From an uncultured Chloroflexia bacterium (GTDB taxonomy: Bacteria; Chloroflexota; Anaerolineae; JAAYZQ01): 64,000 nucleotides of DNA. The notes beneath the pieces were generated by a model that was not told where the DNA came from, made no database searches, and was given only the letters and a program-made list of their open reading frames with translations. The position numbers and the translations under genes were made by a program. Below are positions 1-9,839 of this stretch, in pieces (the stretch's first letter is position 1; every line of letters begins with the position of its first letter). The stretch spans positions 992,001-1,056,000 of the forward strand of contig CAVOXA010000010.1 in the NCBI GenBank assembly GCA_963700285.1. Direction: 5' to 3'.

Positions 1-422
1 AGATCATTGTGGATACCTACGGCGGCATGGCCAGCCACGGCGGCGGCGCCTTCTCGGGCAAGGATCCAACCAAGGTAGACCGCTCAGGAGCCTACTATGC
101 CCGTTACGTAGCCAAGAACGTGGTAGCGGCCGGACTGGCCGATCGCGTGGATCTGCAGGTGAGCTATGCCATCGGCGTGGCCCAGCCCCTTTCACTGGCC
201 GTAGAGACTTATGGCACCGGCCAGGTATCTGAAGAGACGATCCTGGGGCTGATCGACAAGCACTTTGACTTCCGACCGGCGGCCATCATACAGGAACTGG
301 ACCTGCGACGGCCCATTTATCGCGCGACGGCTGCCTATGGTCATTTTGGCCGGGACGATATCGATGCCCCGTGGGAGCTCACCGACAAGGCTGACATCTT
401 GCGTCAGGAAGCGGGACTGTAA
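1..422 (+). CDS. metK: S-adenosylmethionine synthetase, C-terminal part (5' truncated by window)
   Basis: [25 protein letters not shown] and YGHFGR motifs typical of MetK. Confidence 0.97.
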   Translation, partial: IIVDTYGGMASHGGGAFSGKDPTKVDRSGAYYARYVAKNVVAAGLADRVDLQVSYAIGVAQPLSLAVETYGTGQVSEETILGLIDKHFDFRPAAIIQELDLRRPIYRATAAYGHFGRDDIDAPWELTDKADILRQEAGL

Positions 423-433
423 TTCAATACGGA

Positions 434-461
434 GCGGGCGGCCCACACCAAGGCCGCCCGC
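434..461. terminator. Hairpin between convergent genes, probable terminator
   Basis: Perfect 10-bp inverted repeat GCGGGCGGCC/GGCCGCCCGC just after the metK stop; weak U-tract. Confidence 0.6.
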
Positions 462-502
462 CGTTCAACTATTTTCACCCAGCATCATTCCCCGTTGTTA
501 CC

Positions 503-1468
503 TCACCGGTCAGATAGTGTTTCAAGGAAGCCTCGAGCACGTAGCCACCGCAACATCTCCAGCAATGCCTCGTCACGCTGGCGAATGACCCGCGCCTCCT
601 GACCCGGTGGCCAGTCATAGAATCCTTTGCCGGCTTTCGCGCCCAGCTCGCCGCGCGTGACCTTGTCCCGGATCAACTGCATGGGCTCAGTTGAGCGGTT
701 CAACTCCGGAAGCAAGTACGTTTGGATCGCCAGCGTGAGATCCAGACCACCCAAATCGGCAGTCTCCAACGGACCGACAAAGGGAAATCGCAGGCCAAAG
801 CTCAACCTGGCGATACGATCGACGTCCTCAGGGGTGGCGATACCCTCAGCAACGATGGCGATGGCCTCCCGGCGCAAGGCATGCTGCAGGCGATTTCCGA
901 CAAAGCCAGGAACATCTTTCCTGACCAATGCAGGGCACTTGCCGGCGGATTCTAGAAGCGTACAGGTAGCTTTGACAACTTCATCCGAAGCAAGATCTCC
1001 AGGCATGACTTCTACGACAGGGATGAGGTAGGGAGGATTCCAAAAGTGTGTCACCAGGAACCGTTCCGGATGCTTGAGGACAGCCGCCATGTCGCGGACA
1101 CAATACCCAGAGGTCGTACTGGCAATAAGCATACCGGGCGGGCAATGCTCCTCCAACTGCCGCAGCACATCGTGTTTGACAGCGAGATTCTCAATGACAG
1201 CCTCGACCACAAAGTCGGCCTCGGAAGCTGCTTCAGCCAAATTGGGCGCCCAATCGATACGTTCAAGCACACTTGCGACCCGGTTCTTTTCGCCCGGGCT
1301 GGCCCCCAGACAGGTCTCGAGGTTCACCTCGATGCGCTGGATGGCATTGCCAAGAACACGGGCATCCGAATCGGTCATCACCACCGGAAAACCAGCCAGG
1401 GCAAACAGTTGAGCTATGCCATGCCCCATGGTTCCAGCTCCAATGATCGCTATCTTGTTGATCTCCAT
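503..1468 (-). CDS. 3-hydroxyacyl-CoA (3-hydroxybutyryl-CoA) dehydrogenase family protein
   Basis: GAGTMG Rossmann motif, EAVIENL, HFWNPP, PGFVGNRLQ; start placed at MEINKIAII. Confidence 0.9.
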   Translation of the reverse strand: MEINKIAIIGAGTMGHGIAQLFALAGFPVVMTDSDARVLGNAIQRIEVNLETCLGASPGEKNRVASVLERIDWAPNLAEAASEADFVVEAVIENLAVKHDVLRQLEEHCPPGMLIASTTSGYCVRDMAAVLKHPERFLVTHFWNPPYLIPVVEVMPGDLASDEVVKATCTLLESAGKCPALVRKDVPGFVGNRLQHALRREAIAIVAEGIATPEDVDRIARLSFGLRFPFVGPLETADLGGLDLTLAIQTYLLPELNRSTEPMQLIRDKVTRGELGAKAGKGFYDWPPGQEARVIRQRDEALLEMLRWLRARGFLETLSDR

Positions 1469-1498
1469 ATGATTCTCCTCAAGGGTCATCCGTTTTTG

Positions 1499-2500
1499 CT
1501 ACACGATCTGATTCGGCCAAAGATGCGCACCCATCGAGCGAGCGACAATCTCCCTGCATATCTTCAGCCCATTGCCACTATTGGTCATAATCACAACCCC
1601 AGATCCCAGCTCCCTACATCCAATGGCGAATGCCTGGATCCCTGAGGATTTGCCATGTTGCCAAAGAAAGACAGCGTTGTCACTCTGTGTTATGCCCCAT
1701 CCCAGGCCCCAAGAGATGGAATCACTAATCTTGATCTGCGATCTCGACATCTCATTCGTCAGCATCTCGCTCAGGTGGGAAGCGTTCTCTCCAGGGGGCT
1801 GGATGATCTCAATGATGAATTTCGCAAAGTCAGTTGGTGTGCTGAAAAGGCTACCAGCCGCGTTGCTGAAGCGGATGCGTTGGGTGAAAGGCATGCCCTT
1901 TTCGTCATGAGCTTCAGCGGCTCCTCTAATGTCGTCGCGTGCGCATACGAAGCGGCTAGCGTGCATCTCAAATGGGACTAGAAGGTTCGCTTCCATGTAC
2001 TTAGCCACCAATTGACCAGATAGGTGCTCTATGACCTTCTGCAGGTAGACGTAACCCTCGCCAGAATACGAGAATCTCTCCCCAGGGGCAAACAGCATGT
2101 GCAGCGACTGGCCACTCGGTCGCCAGTTTGGCAAGCCAGAGGTATGGGACAGGACATGGCGCATCGTGATGAGGTTCAGTCGGCGCTCGTCGGCTATGTA
2201 GGGCTCGGGCAGGTACTTGGTCAACGGGGTATCCAAGTCCAGCAAACCTGTCTGGCACATACGGAGAGCAGCATAAGCAAACGCAGGTTTGCTCAGCGAT
2301 TGGGCCGAGAAGACCGTGTCAGTCGTGACAGCTTCTCCCGAAAGCGTGCTCTTGGTCCCAAAACCTTGGGCCCAGAACAGCTCTGCGTCTTTGACCAGGG
2401 CGATGGAAAGTCCTGGGATTACAAAGCCTTCCATCCAGATGGGGATCAGCGCTTTTAGATCGGCAACGAGCATGCCGGCAGAAACTGCCGCCATGATCAC
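1499..2500 (-). CDS. Serine hydrolase, beta-lactamase class C-like family
   Basis: SxxK (SLSK), LSHTSG, FSYSGEGY, HG motif; no signal peptide. Confidence 0.85.
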   Translation of the reverse strand: MIMAAVSAGMLVADLKALIPIWMEGFVIPGLSIALVKDAELFWAQGFGTKSTLSGEAVTTDTVFSAQSLSKPAFAYAALRMCQTGLLDLDTPLTKYLPEPYIADERRLNLITMRHVLSHTSGLPNWRPSGQSLHMLFAPGERFSYSGEGYVYLQKVIEHLSGQLVAKYMEANLLVPFEMHASRFVCARDDIRGAAEAHDEKGMPFTQRIRFSNAAGSLFSTPTDFAKFIIEIIQPPGENASHLSEMLTNEMSRSQIKISDSISWGLGWGITQSDNAVFLWQHGKSSGIQAFAIGCRELGSGVVIMTNSGNGLKICREIVARSMGAHLWPNQIV

Positions 2501-3261
2501 GTTCCGACAACAAAGGCGCCATCCACCCGCATCACAGCGCCTGAGACAAAACTCGCCTCGTCAGATGCCAGGAAGAGATAGACATTGGCCACCTCCCGTG
2601 ACCGGCCCATCCGCCCCAGGGGGATGCGAGCCCGCATCGCCTCCAAGACCTTTTCAGGCATCGAGTCGAGGATTTCAGTGGCAATGAGTCCCGGCGCCAC
2701 CGCGTTGACCCGGATATTATGGCGCCCAAACTCGCGGGCCCAGACCTTGGTCATTCCGATCACGCCGGCCTTGGTAGCGACATAGTTCGTCTGGCCAAAG
2801 TTGCCATCCAAGCCCACGACAGAGCTGGCGTTGAGGATCACACCCCCTCCCTGCCGGATCATATAGGGCGCAACGGCTTGGGTACAGTTGAACACTCCTT
2901 TGAGATTGACGGCAATGACCCGGTCAAAATCGGCCTCGGTCATCTGCTTCACCAACTCACCATCCTTGACCTTGACCAGCGCGGCATCGGCCAGAATCCC
3001 GGCGTTGTTGACCAGCACATCGATCTGGCCCAGCTTTTCTGCGACATCATCCACCCAGGCCTGTACGGCTTCCCTGTCGGCGACGTCTACCTTGTAGAAC
3101 GTGACTTTGGGTCCAAGCTCCTGAACTACAGCTTGGCCCGCCTCCTCTCGCACATCGCAGATAACGACCTGGGCCCCTTCTTCCAGAAAACGCTCCGCCG
3201 TGGCTTTGCCAATCCCGGCCGCACCACCGGTGATGAGGGCTACTTTGCCTTCGAGACGCAT
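2497..3261 (-). CDS. Short-chain dehydrogenase, FabG-like 3-oxoacyl reductase
   Basis: TGGAAGIG, NNAG, GNFGQTNYVATK (YxxxK); start placed at MRLEGK. Confidence 0.9.
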   Translation of the reverse strand: MRLEGKVALITGGAAGIGKATAERFLEEGAQVVICDVREEAGQAVVQELGPKVTFYKVDVADREAVQAWVDDVAEKLGQIDVLVNNAGILADAALVKVKDGELVKQMTEADFDRVIAVNLKGVFNCTQAVAPYMIRQGGGVILNASSVVGLDGNFGQTNYVATKAGVIGMTKVWAREFGRHNIRVNAVAPGLIATEILDSMPEKVLEAMRARIPLGRMGRSREVANVYLFLASDEASFVSGAVMRVDGAFVVGT

Positions 3262-3467
3262 GTCCCTGCCTCCCTTCTCTGGTGTATTTTGAGCACGAAA
3301 CGGCATCATGGTACCCTACTCCAGGGGCATTGTCAAACCCTGCAGCACTACAGCGTGATGGATCAAGCTGCCTACGATAGCAAGACAGGGCCTTCAACTA
3401 GAAGGGGATTGAAGACGGGGCATAAATCAGTCAGATCTCTGCGGATGGGCCTTTGATTCCACCCGAT

Positions 3468-3496
3468 TGGACAAATCCCGGTCAAAGATGTATAAT
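3468..3496 (+). promoter_or_regulatory. Sigma70-type promoter of the fum-hdr operon
   Basis: TGGACA-17 bp-TATAAT. Confidence 0.7.
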
Positions 3497-3665
3497 TCGG
3501 GACCTTAGCTTCAATGGGGAGGCCACCGTGAAAGAGCGGATCGTCCAACCTGAAGGATCGGGGACCGGCGGTGTCGTCGTATATTGTCTAAGCAGGCACC
3601 TCAGGAGCTAGATGACAGGCTTGAACACAATGAGGTGCCTTTGTGATCCAAGAGAGGGTAGCGAC

Positions 3666-4511
3666 GTGAAAGAGATTGACGCAAAGCAGATTACGGAAAC
3701 CGTCGCCCAATTGTGCATCGAGAGCAACTATAATCTGGGTGAAGATGTATTGGCCGCGCTACGCTCCTACCGCGAGGCGGAGGTCTCGCCGGTTGGACGT
3801 GAGGTATTGGATCAAATCCTCGAGAACGCAGACATTGCCCAAAAGGAGCAAGTCCCCCTCTGCCAGGATTGTGGCCTGACCGTTGTTTTTTTGGAACTCG
3901 GCCAGGATGTGCATATCGCCGGTGGTGACCTGAACGAGGCCATCGCCGAGGGGGTACGCCAAGGATACGAAAAAGGCTACCTTCGCAATTCCATGGTGAA
4001 CCAGCCTTTCTCCGCTCGGATCAATACCAATGACAATACTCCACCCGTTGTCCATACCACCATCGTGCCTGGCAATGAACTCAAGATTACCGTGGCCCCA
4101 AAAGGTGGTGGCAGCGAGAACATGAGCCGGTTAGCCATGCTCAAGCCCGCCGATGGGCGTGAGGGGGTGGTCGACTTTGTGGTCGAGTCGGTGCGGCGAG
4201 CGGGGGCCAACCCCTGCCCGCCGATCATTGTCGGTGTGGGTATCGGCGGTTCAGCCGAGAAGGCGATGTGGTTGGCCAAGTATTCGCTCCTGCGCCAAGT
4301 GGGCCAGCCCAACCCTGATCCCGAAGTTTCTGAACTGGAAGCCGACATCCTGGTTCGAGTGAATCGCATCGGCATCGGGCCACAGGGCTTTGGCGGCCGC
4401 ACCACGGCGTTGGCGGTACACGCGGAGACCTTCCCATGCCACATTGCCAGCCTGCCCGTTGCTGTCAATATTCAGTGCCACTCTGCCCGGCACAAGGAGG
4501 CGATGCTGTGA
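3666..4511 (+). CDS. Class I fumarate hydratase (or tartrate dehydratase family), alpha subunit
   Basis: CQDCG, KGGGSEN, ANPCPP, HIASLP, QCHSARH motifs; GTG start after GAGGG. Confidence 0.92.
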   Translation: MKEIDAKQITETVAQLCIESNYNLGEDVLAALRSYREAEVSPVGREVLDQILENADIAQKEQVPLCQDCGLTVVFLELGQDVHIAGGDLNEAIAEGVRQGYEKGYLRNSMVNQPFSARINTNDNTPPVVHTTIVPGNELKITVAPKGGGSENMSRLAMLKPADGREGVVDFVVESVRRAGANPCPPIIVGVGIGGSAEKAMWLAKYSLLRQVGQPNPDPEVSELEADILVRVNRIGIGPQGFGGRTTALAVHAETFPCHIASLPVAVNIQCHSARHKEAML

Positions 4512-5053
4512 AGCTAACAACCCCCTTGACGGATGACGCTATCGAAAAACTCCACGCCGGCGACAAGGTCAGTATCACCGGTGTCATCTATGTTGGGCGA
4601 GACGCAGCCCATAAGCGCATCGTGGCAAGTATGGATGCCGATGAGCAGTTGCCCTTTGATCCTCAAGGCCAGATCATCTATTACATGGGCCCCGCTCCGG
4701 CCAAACCGGGCGATCCCATCGGCTCAGCGGGTCCGACGACCAGCTACCGCATGGATCCCTACGCTCACCGCCTCATGGAGGCAGGGCTGAAGGGCATGAT
4801 CGGCAAGGGCAACCGTTCCGTGCCGGTACGCGAGGCAATGCAGAAGCACAAGGCGATCTATATGGGCGCCATTGGTGGGGCAGGGGCTCTCATCGCCAAG
4901 AGCATCAAAAAGGCAGAGGTGATTGCCTACGACGATCTGGGTGCCGAAGCGCTCCGCCGGCTGGAGGTGGAGGACTTTCCGGCCATTGTGGTGAACGACA
5001 TCCATGGCGGCGACGCCTACGAGGATGGATTGCGGGAGCACAATCAGGAATAG
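4508..5053 (+). CDS. Class I fumarate hydratase, beta subunit
   Basis: GRDAAHKR, GPTTSYRMD, IGKG, LGAEA motifs; GTGA overlap with the alpha subunit stop. Confidence 0.92.
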   Translation: MKLTTPLTDDAIEKLHAGDKVSITGVIYVGRDAAHKRIVASMDADEQLPFDPQGQIIYYMGPAPAKPGDPIGSAGPTTSYRMDPYAHRLMEAGLKGMIGKGNRSVPVREAMQKHKAIYMGAIGGAGALIAKSIKKAEVIAYDDLGAEALRRLEVEDFPAIVVNDIHGGDAYEDGLREHNQE

Positions 5054-5062
5054 GGGGCAGCG

Positions 5063-5482
5063 ATGAGGGTCCGGCTATCGGCAGAATCGGTGCACAGCGA
5101 GCTGGTGCACCGCATCGAAGAGTACAGTGGTCAAGACCTGATGGCCTGCTATCAGTGTGGAAAATGTGCTGCCGGATGCCCGGTGGCCTTTGCCATGGAC
5201 ATACTCCCCAGCCAGGTGATCCGCTATGCCCAGTTGGGCCTTGTTGATCGGCTGCTCGACAGCCAGACCATCTGGCTGTGCGCAGCCTGCCAGACCTGTT
5301 ATACCCGCTGCCCCAAGGGTATCGATCTGAGCCGGATCATGGAAGCCCTTAGAGAGATCGCTATGTATGAAAAAGGTAGTCACATGGACTATGACGACCT
5401 GGGCCACGCCATCCCGCCTGAAGAAATGGCTAGCTGGCCGCAGCAGGCCTTCATTGGCGGCTTTCGCAAGTATACAGTATGA
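5063..5482 (+). CDS. hdrC: Heterodisulfide reductase subunit C-like 2x[4Fe-4S] protein (copy 1)
   Basis: CYQCGKCAAGCP and IWLCAACQTCYTRCP. Confidence 0.9.
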   Translation: MRVRLSAESVHSELVHRIEEYSGQDLMACYQCGKCAAGCPVAFAMDILPSQVIRYAQLGLVDRLLDSQTIWLCAACQTCYTRCPKGIDLSRIMEALREIAMYEKGSHMDYDDLGHAIPPEEMASWPQQAFIGGFRKYTV

Positions 5483-5574
5483 CGGACAGAATACCCAGCG
5501 CCTGCTATCCTACAACCAGTGGCTGCTCGCCCTTGTTTTTCGGATATTGAGAGTGCAATGGGAGGCACGAACCC

Positions 5575-6456
5575 ATGAAGGTACCCTATTTCCCCGGTTG
5601 TACCCTCAACACGACCGGCAAGGGCTTTGACAACGCCGTACGGGCTTCGACTGCAGCGGTGGGACTAGAGTTGGTCGAGCTGCCCGAATGGAACTGTTGC
5701 GGTGCGACCTATCCCCTCATTGTCGACAACATGCTTGAATTGGCTGCCCCTGCCCACATTCTGGTGGCAGCGCGTGAGGAGGGGAGCACGGTCACGACCG
5801 CCTGCACCACATGCTACAACGTCCTGAAGCGGACGAACAGATTTATCCGCGATCACAAAGAGGAACGGGATCGGATCAACGACTTTATCGAAGCCGAATA
5901 CAGCGGTGAAGTGGAGGTAATGGACATCCTGCATCTGCTGCGTGACCAGATTGGCTTTGATGCTGTCAGGGAAAAAGTACAGAAACCACTCAAAGATCTA
6001 CAGGTAGCCTCATATTATGGCTGCATGGTGCTCCGCCCGCCCGGCGAAGTCGCTTATGACGACCCCGACCACCCCCGGTCATTGGACGATCTTATGGCCG
6101 CTTTGGGTGCCACGCCGGTGGACTTTGCCCACAAGAACGAGTGCTGTGGCGCGTACCTGGCAGTCAAGGATGCCCGGATCACCCGGGAAATGGTCTATAC
6201 CATTCTTAGATCCGCCCAGGCCGCCGGGGCTGAAGCCGTGGCTACCAACTGTCCCCTGTGCCAATTCAATCTGGACAAGCAACAGGCTGAGATGCGCAAG
6301 ATCTATGCAGGCTACCAACCCATCCCCATCTTTTACTTCAGCCAGTTGATGGGCCTGGCACTGGGCCTTGACGCCAGCGAATATGGATGGGACCAACACT
6401 ATATTGACGGGCAGCCGCTCTTGACCGAACGAGGTCTCTGGGCGCACTCTGCGTGA
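5575..6456 (+). CDS. hdrB: Heterodisulfide reductase subunit B-like CCG protein (copy 1)
   Basis: Two CCG domains: YFPGC/WNCCG/CTTC and YYGC/ECCG/CPLC. Confidence 0.92.
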   Translation: MKVPYFPGCTLNTTGKGFDNAVRASTAAVGLELVELPEWNCCGATYPLIVDNMLELAAPAHILVAAREEGSTVTTACTTCYNVLKRTNRFIRDHKEERDRINDFIEAEYSGEVEVMDILHLLRDQIGFDAVREKVQKPLKDLQVASYYGCMVLRPPGEVAYDDPDHPRSLDDLMAALGATPVDFAHKNECCGAYLAVKDARITREMVYTILRSAQAAGAEAVATNCPLCQFNLDKQQAEMRKIYAGYQPIPIFYFSQLMGLALGLDASEYGWDQHYIDGQPLLTERGLWAHSA

Positions 6457-6477
6457 GGTTGGAGAAGGCAACGACTG

Positions 6478-7863
6478 ATGGCAGCTAGCGCCAAGGCACA
6501 GAACGAATACAGCAAACGGGTGATGATCGTTGGCGCTGGCATCGCCGGCATGCAGGCTGCGTTGGACATTGCCAGTTCCGGGTACCAAGTGGTGTTGGTG
6601 GACCGACTGCCTTCCATCGGCGGTCACATGCACCAGCTCTCCGAAACCTTCCCAACCCTGGACTGCGCCCAGTGCATCATGACGCCGCGTACCGTGGATG
6701 TGGGACGCCATGAAAACATCCTGCTCCACGTTTATGCCGAGATCGAGGATATCTCTGGTGAGGTGGGCGATTTCCGGGTACGCATCAGGCGCAAGCCTGC
6801 CTTCGTTAACTGGGATGCCTGTACTGCCTGTGGGGAGTGCACCGAAGCATGTCCTCAACTGATACCTGTCGACTTTGATCGCAATATGGAGATGGCTGCG
6901 GTGATGCGCAGTGGCAGAGTACGGCACGTCGGTACAGGCAAGGCCATCTATACCTTGTCACCCCAGGCCGTACCCAAAAAACCCGTGATCGATGTCGACT
7001 ATTGCACCTATTTCCTGCGGGGCAAGTGCCGCATCTGCGAAAAGGTCTGCCCCGTAGGTGCCATCGATTTTGAACAGGAGCCTGCCTGGGTAGAGGAACG
7101 CGTTGGGGCCATCATCCTGGCCACAGGCTACGAACTCTATCCTTTGGAGAACCTGGGCGAATATGGTGGTGGTCAGGTGCCAGACGTCATCGACGCCCTG
7201 GCCATGGAACGCCTCCTGAGCGCCTCGGGACCAACGGCCGGTACCATGCGCCGCCCTTCCGACGGCCGACAGCCCCGGGAGGTTGTCTGGATCCAATGCG
7301 CCGGCTCCCGGGACCCGGAGTTGGGGATGCCGTACTGCTCCAAAATCTGCTGCATGTATAGCGCAAAGCAAGCCATGCTCTACAAACACAAGGTTCACGA
7401 TGGGCAGGCCTACGTGTTCTATATCGACATCCGCTCGGCGGGAAAGCGCTATGAGGAGTTCATCCAGCGGGCCATGGAGGAAGATCAGGTGCTTTTCGTT
7501 CGCGGCAAGGTAAGCAAGGTCTTCCGCGAAGGTGAAAAGGTCATGGTCTGGGGTGTAGATACCCTGACCGACCTGCCGGTTGAAGTAGCTGCTGACCTGG
7601 TGGTGGTTTCACCGGCGATGGTTCCTTCTGAAGGCACACGAGAGTTGGGCGCGATGCTGGGGCTCGACGTCGATCAGTTCGGGTGGTGGACCGAAGGAGA
7701 GGCAAATCTTGCCCCCCTCGAGACAGCGCAACCCGGCGTTTTCTTGGCCGGAGCCGGGATCGGGCCCAAGGACATCCCTGAAGCGGTCTCACAGGGAAGC
7801 GGAGCAGCGGGCAAAGTTCTTTCGCTCCTGCGCCGCTGGGGCAGTCAGGGAGGCCAGGACTGA
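6478..7863 (+). CDS. hdrA: HdrA-like flavoprotein with inserted ferredoxin domain; lacks N-terminal and C-terminal Fe-S domains
   Basis: GAGIAG, FPTLDC, CTACGEC..CP, QCAGSRD..YCSKICC, GPKDIP. Confidence 0.88.
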   Translation: MAASAKAQNEYSKRVMIVGAGIAGMQAALDIASSGYQVVLVDRLPSIGGHMHQLSETFPTLDCAQCIMTPRTVDVGRHENILLHVYAEIEDISGEVGDFRVRIRRKPAFVNWDACTACGECTEACPQLIPVDFDRNMEMAAVMRSGRVRHVGTGKAIYTLSPQAVPKKPVIDVDYCTYFLRGKCRICEKVCPVGAIDFEQEPAWVEERVGAIILATGYELYPLENLGEYGGGQVPDVIDALAMERLLSASGPTAGTMRRPSDGRQPREVVWIQCAGSRDPELGMPYCSKICCMYSAKQAMLYKHKVHDGQAYVFYIDIRSAGKRYEEFIQRAMEEDQVLFVRGKVSKVFREGEKVMVWGVDTLTDLPVEVAADLVVVSPAMVPSEGTRELGAMLGLDVDQFGWWTEGEANLAPLETAQPGVFLAGAGIGPKDIPEAVSQGSGAAGKVLSLLRRWGSQGGQD

Positions 7864-7994
7864 TATCTCTGCCCCATCCCAGGAGGAAGGAATACGGAAG
7901 GCTTTGTCACCAGATCCTGCTGATGGCTCCTAACATTCAGCGGTTGGGGTGAGCAACGCGCCAGGCAGTTGGCCGCGGCCATACAGGAAAACGC

Positions 7995-9806
7995 ATGAAG
8001 CGCATCGGTGTCTTTGTCTGCCATTGTGGAACGAATATCGCCAGCACGATCGACGTGGAACGTGTGGTTGAAGCGGTACACGAGTTCCCTGATGTCGTGT
8101 ACGTTATCGACTACAAGTACGTCTGCTCCGATCCTGGCCAACAGCTCATCCGCGATCATATCCGTGATGATAGGCTGGATGCGGTTATTATCGCCGCATG
8201 TTCACCGGCCATGCACGAGACGACTTTCCGCAGGACGGCCCAAGCGGCCGGCATCAACCCTTACCAGACCGAGATCGCCAACATTCGCGAGCAGTCGAGC
8301 TGGGTTCACCAGACGCAGCAGGAAGCAGCCACCAACAAGGCCATTGAAACCATACGCACTATCGTCGCCAAGGCCCATTACAATCAATCGCTGACCCCAC
8401 ATTTCCTGCCCCTGGTCAAGCGGGCGATGGTAGTGGGTGGGGGCATCGCCGGGATACAGGCCACATTGGACCTGGCCGATGCAGGCTATCCCACTGTACT
8501 GGTGGAAAAGGCTGGGCATTTGGGCGGGCGTATGGCAGAACTGTCGTCCCTGTACCTTGATTTCGGTGCAGCACCGGACCTGCTCAGGGAAAAGATCAAA
8601 GCGGTCAAGACCCACGCCAACATCCAGGTGATCACTAACGCCGAGGTCGCACAAGTGGGCGGCTATGTCGGAAATTTCGTCGTCACGGTAGAGCAAAAAG
8701 CTGACGAGGAGATTTCCTATTCCTTTGACATTGGCGCGATGATTATCGCTACCGGATTTGACCTCTACGACCAGGAACGCCTAGGTGAGTACGGTGGCAA
8801 ACGCTATCCAGACGTGATCGATGGCCTGCAGTTCGAAGAGATGCTACGTCCCGACGGCCCCACCGGCGGTGAGATCCGCCGCCCTTCGGACGGCAAGATC
8901 CCCAGGGATGTAGTGTGGGTGCAGTGTGCTGGCTCCCGGGATCCCGAACTGCACATGCCGTACTGCTCCAAAGTGTGCTGCATGTACGTGGCCAAGCAGA
9001 CCATCCTCTTCAAACAGCAGGTTCCTGAAGGACAGGCTACCGTCTTTTACATCGATATCCGCAGCCAGGGGAAGGGCTATGAAGAGTTTGTCCAGCGGGC
9101 GATGGAGGATTATGATGTGCTCTACCTGCGGGGCAAGGCTTCCAAGGTCTTTCAGGAGCCTGCAATGCCTGTCCCTGAACATCCGCCTGGCGAGAACTCG
9201 GTGAGCCTGAGCGACCTGTCGAGAGGCGATGCCAGGAGGAATAGAGCAGGTCCGAATGGGCGAGTTACGGTCTGGGGTGTGGACACATTGACCAATCTGC
9301 CGATCGAGGTCGAGGCCGACCTGGTCGTGCTGGCCACAGCAACGGTCCCTCGCGCGGACGCCCAGGCACTGGGCCAGAAGCTGCGGATCAGCACTGACGA
9401 GCACGGCTTCTTTAGCGAAGCGCACCCCAAGCTGCGCCCGGTGGAAAGCCTGACAGCGGGCGTCTTTCTCGCCGGGGCAGCCCAGTTCCCCAAGGACATC
9501 CCGGAGACGGTGGCTCAAGCAAGTGGCGCCGCAGCCAAAGTGCTCAGCCTGTTCTCTCAGCGACAGATGGTCCAGGAACCAACCATTGCTTATGTGGAGC
9601 CCGATCTCTGCTCTGGCTGCGGTCTTTGCATCCCATCGTGTCCTTACGATGCGCGCATGATGCACGATTGGCAACACATCGCCATAGTGAACACCGCCCT
9701 GTGCCAGGGTTGCGGGGCTTGCACCATGGTCTGTCCCAACAAGGCTTGCCAGGTGCGCAACCTAGCCCACCGGCAGATCCTCTCGATGATGGAGGCCTAT
9801 CTGTAG
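7995..9806 (+). CDS. hdrA: HdrA-like flavoprotein with N-terminal and C-terminal Fe-S domains; lacks inserted ferredoxin domain
   Basis: RIGVFVCHCG, AACSP, NIREQ, GGGIAG, QCAGSRD..YCSKVCC, two C-terminal CxxCxxCxxxCP. Confidence 0.9.
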   Translation: MKRIGVFVCHCGTNIASTIDVERVVEAVHEFPDVVYVIDYKYVCSDPGQQLIRDHIRDDRLDAVIIAACSPAMHETTFRRTAQAAGINPYQTEIANIREQSSWVHQTQQEAATNKAIETIRTIVAKAHYNQSLTPHFLPLVKRAMVVGGGIAGIQATLDLADAGYPTVLVEKAGHLGGRMAELSSLYLDFGAAPDLLREKIKAVKTHANIQVITNAEVAQVGGYVGNFVVTVEQKADEEISYSFDIGAMIIATGFDLYDQERLGEYGGKRYPDVIDGLQFEEMLRPDGPTGGEIRRPSDGKIPRDVVWVQCAGSRDPELHMPYCSKVCCMYVAKQTILFKQQVPEGQATVFYIDIRSQGKGYEEFVQRAMEDYDVLYLRGKASKVFQEPAMPVPEHPPGENSVSLSDLSRGDARRNRAGPNGRVTVWGVDTLTNLPIEVEADLVVLATATVPRADAQALGQKLRISTDEHGFFSEAHPKLRPVESLTAGVFLAGAAQFPKDIPETVAQASGAAAKVLSLFSQRQMVQEPTIAYVEPDLCSGCGLCIPSCPYDARMMHDWQHIAIVNTALCQGCGACTMVCPNKACQVRNLAHRQILSMMEAYL

Positions 9807-9839
9807 CAGCAAGCCAGCAAGTACTGAGACAAGAAGGTC

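Noticed and set aside
3497-3645. 6S RNA or a known riboswitch class in the fumarase leader
   Set aside because: Only short fragments resemble known consensus motifs; kept as an unassigned candidate, not as a feature
7861-7995. Selenocysteine or readthrough at the TGA ending the first hdrA, joining it to the next
   Set aside because: The gap is 131 nt (out of frame), further stops follow, and the Hdr/MvhD metal-ligand positions I checked are all Cys
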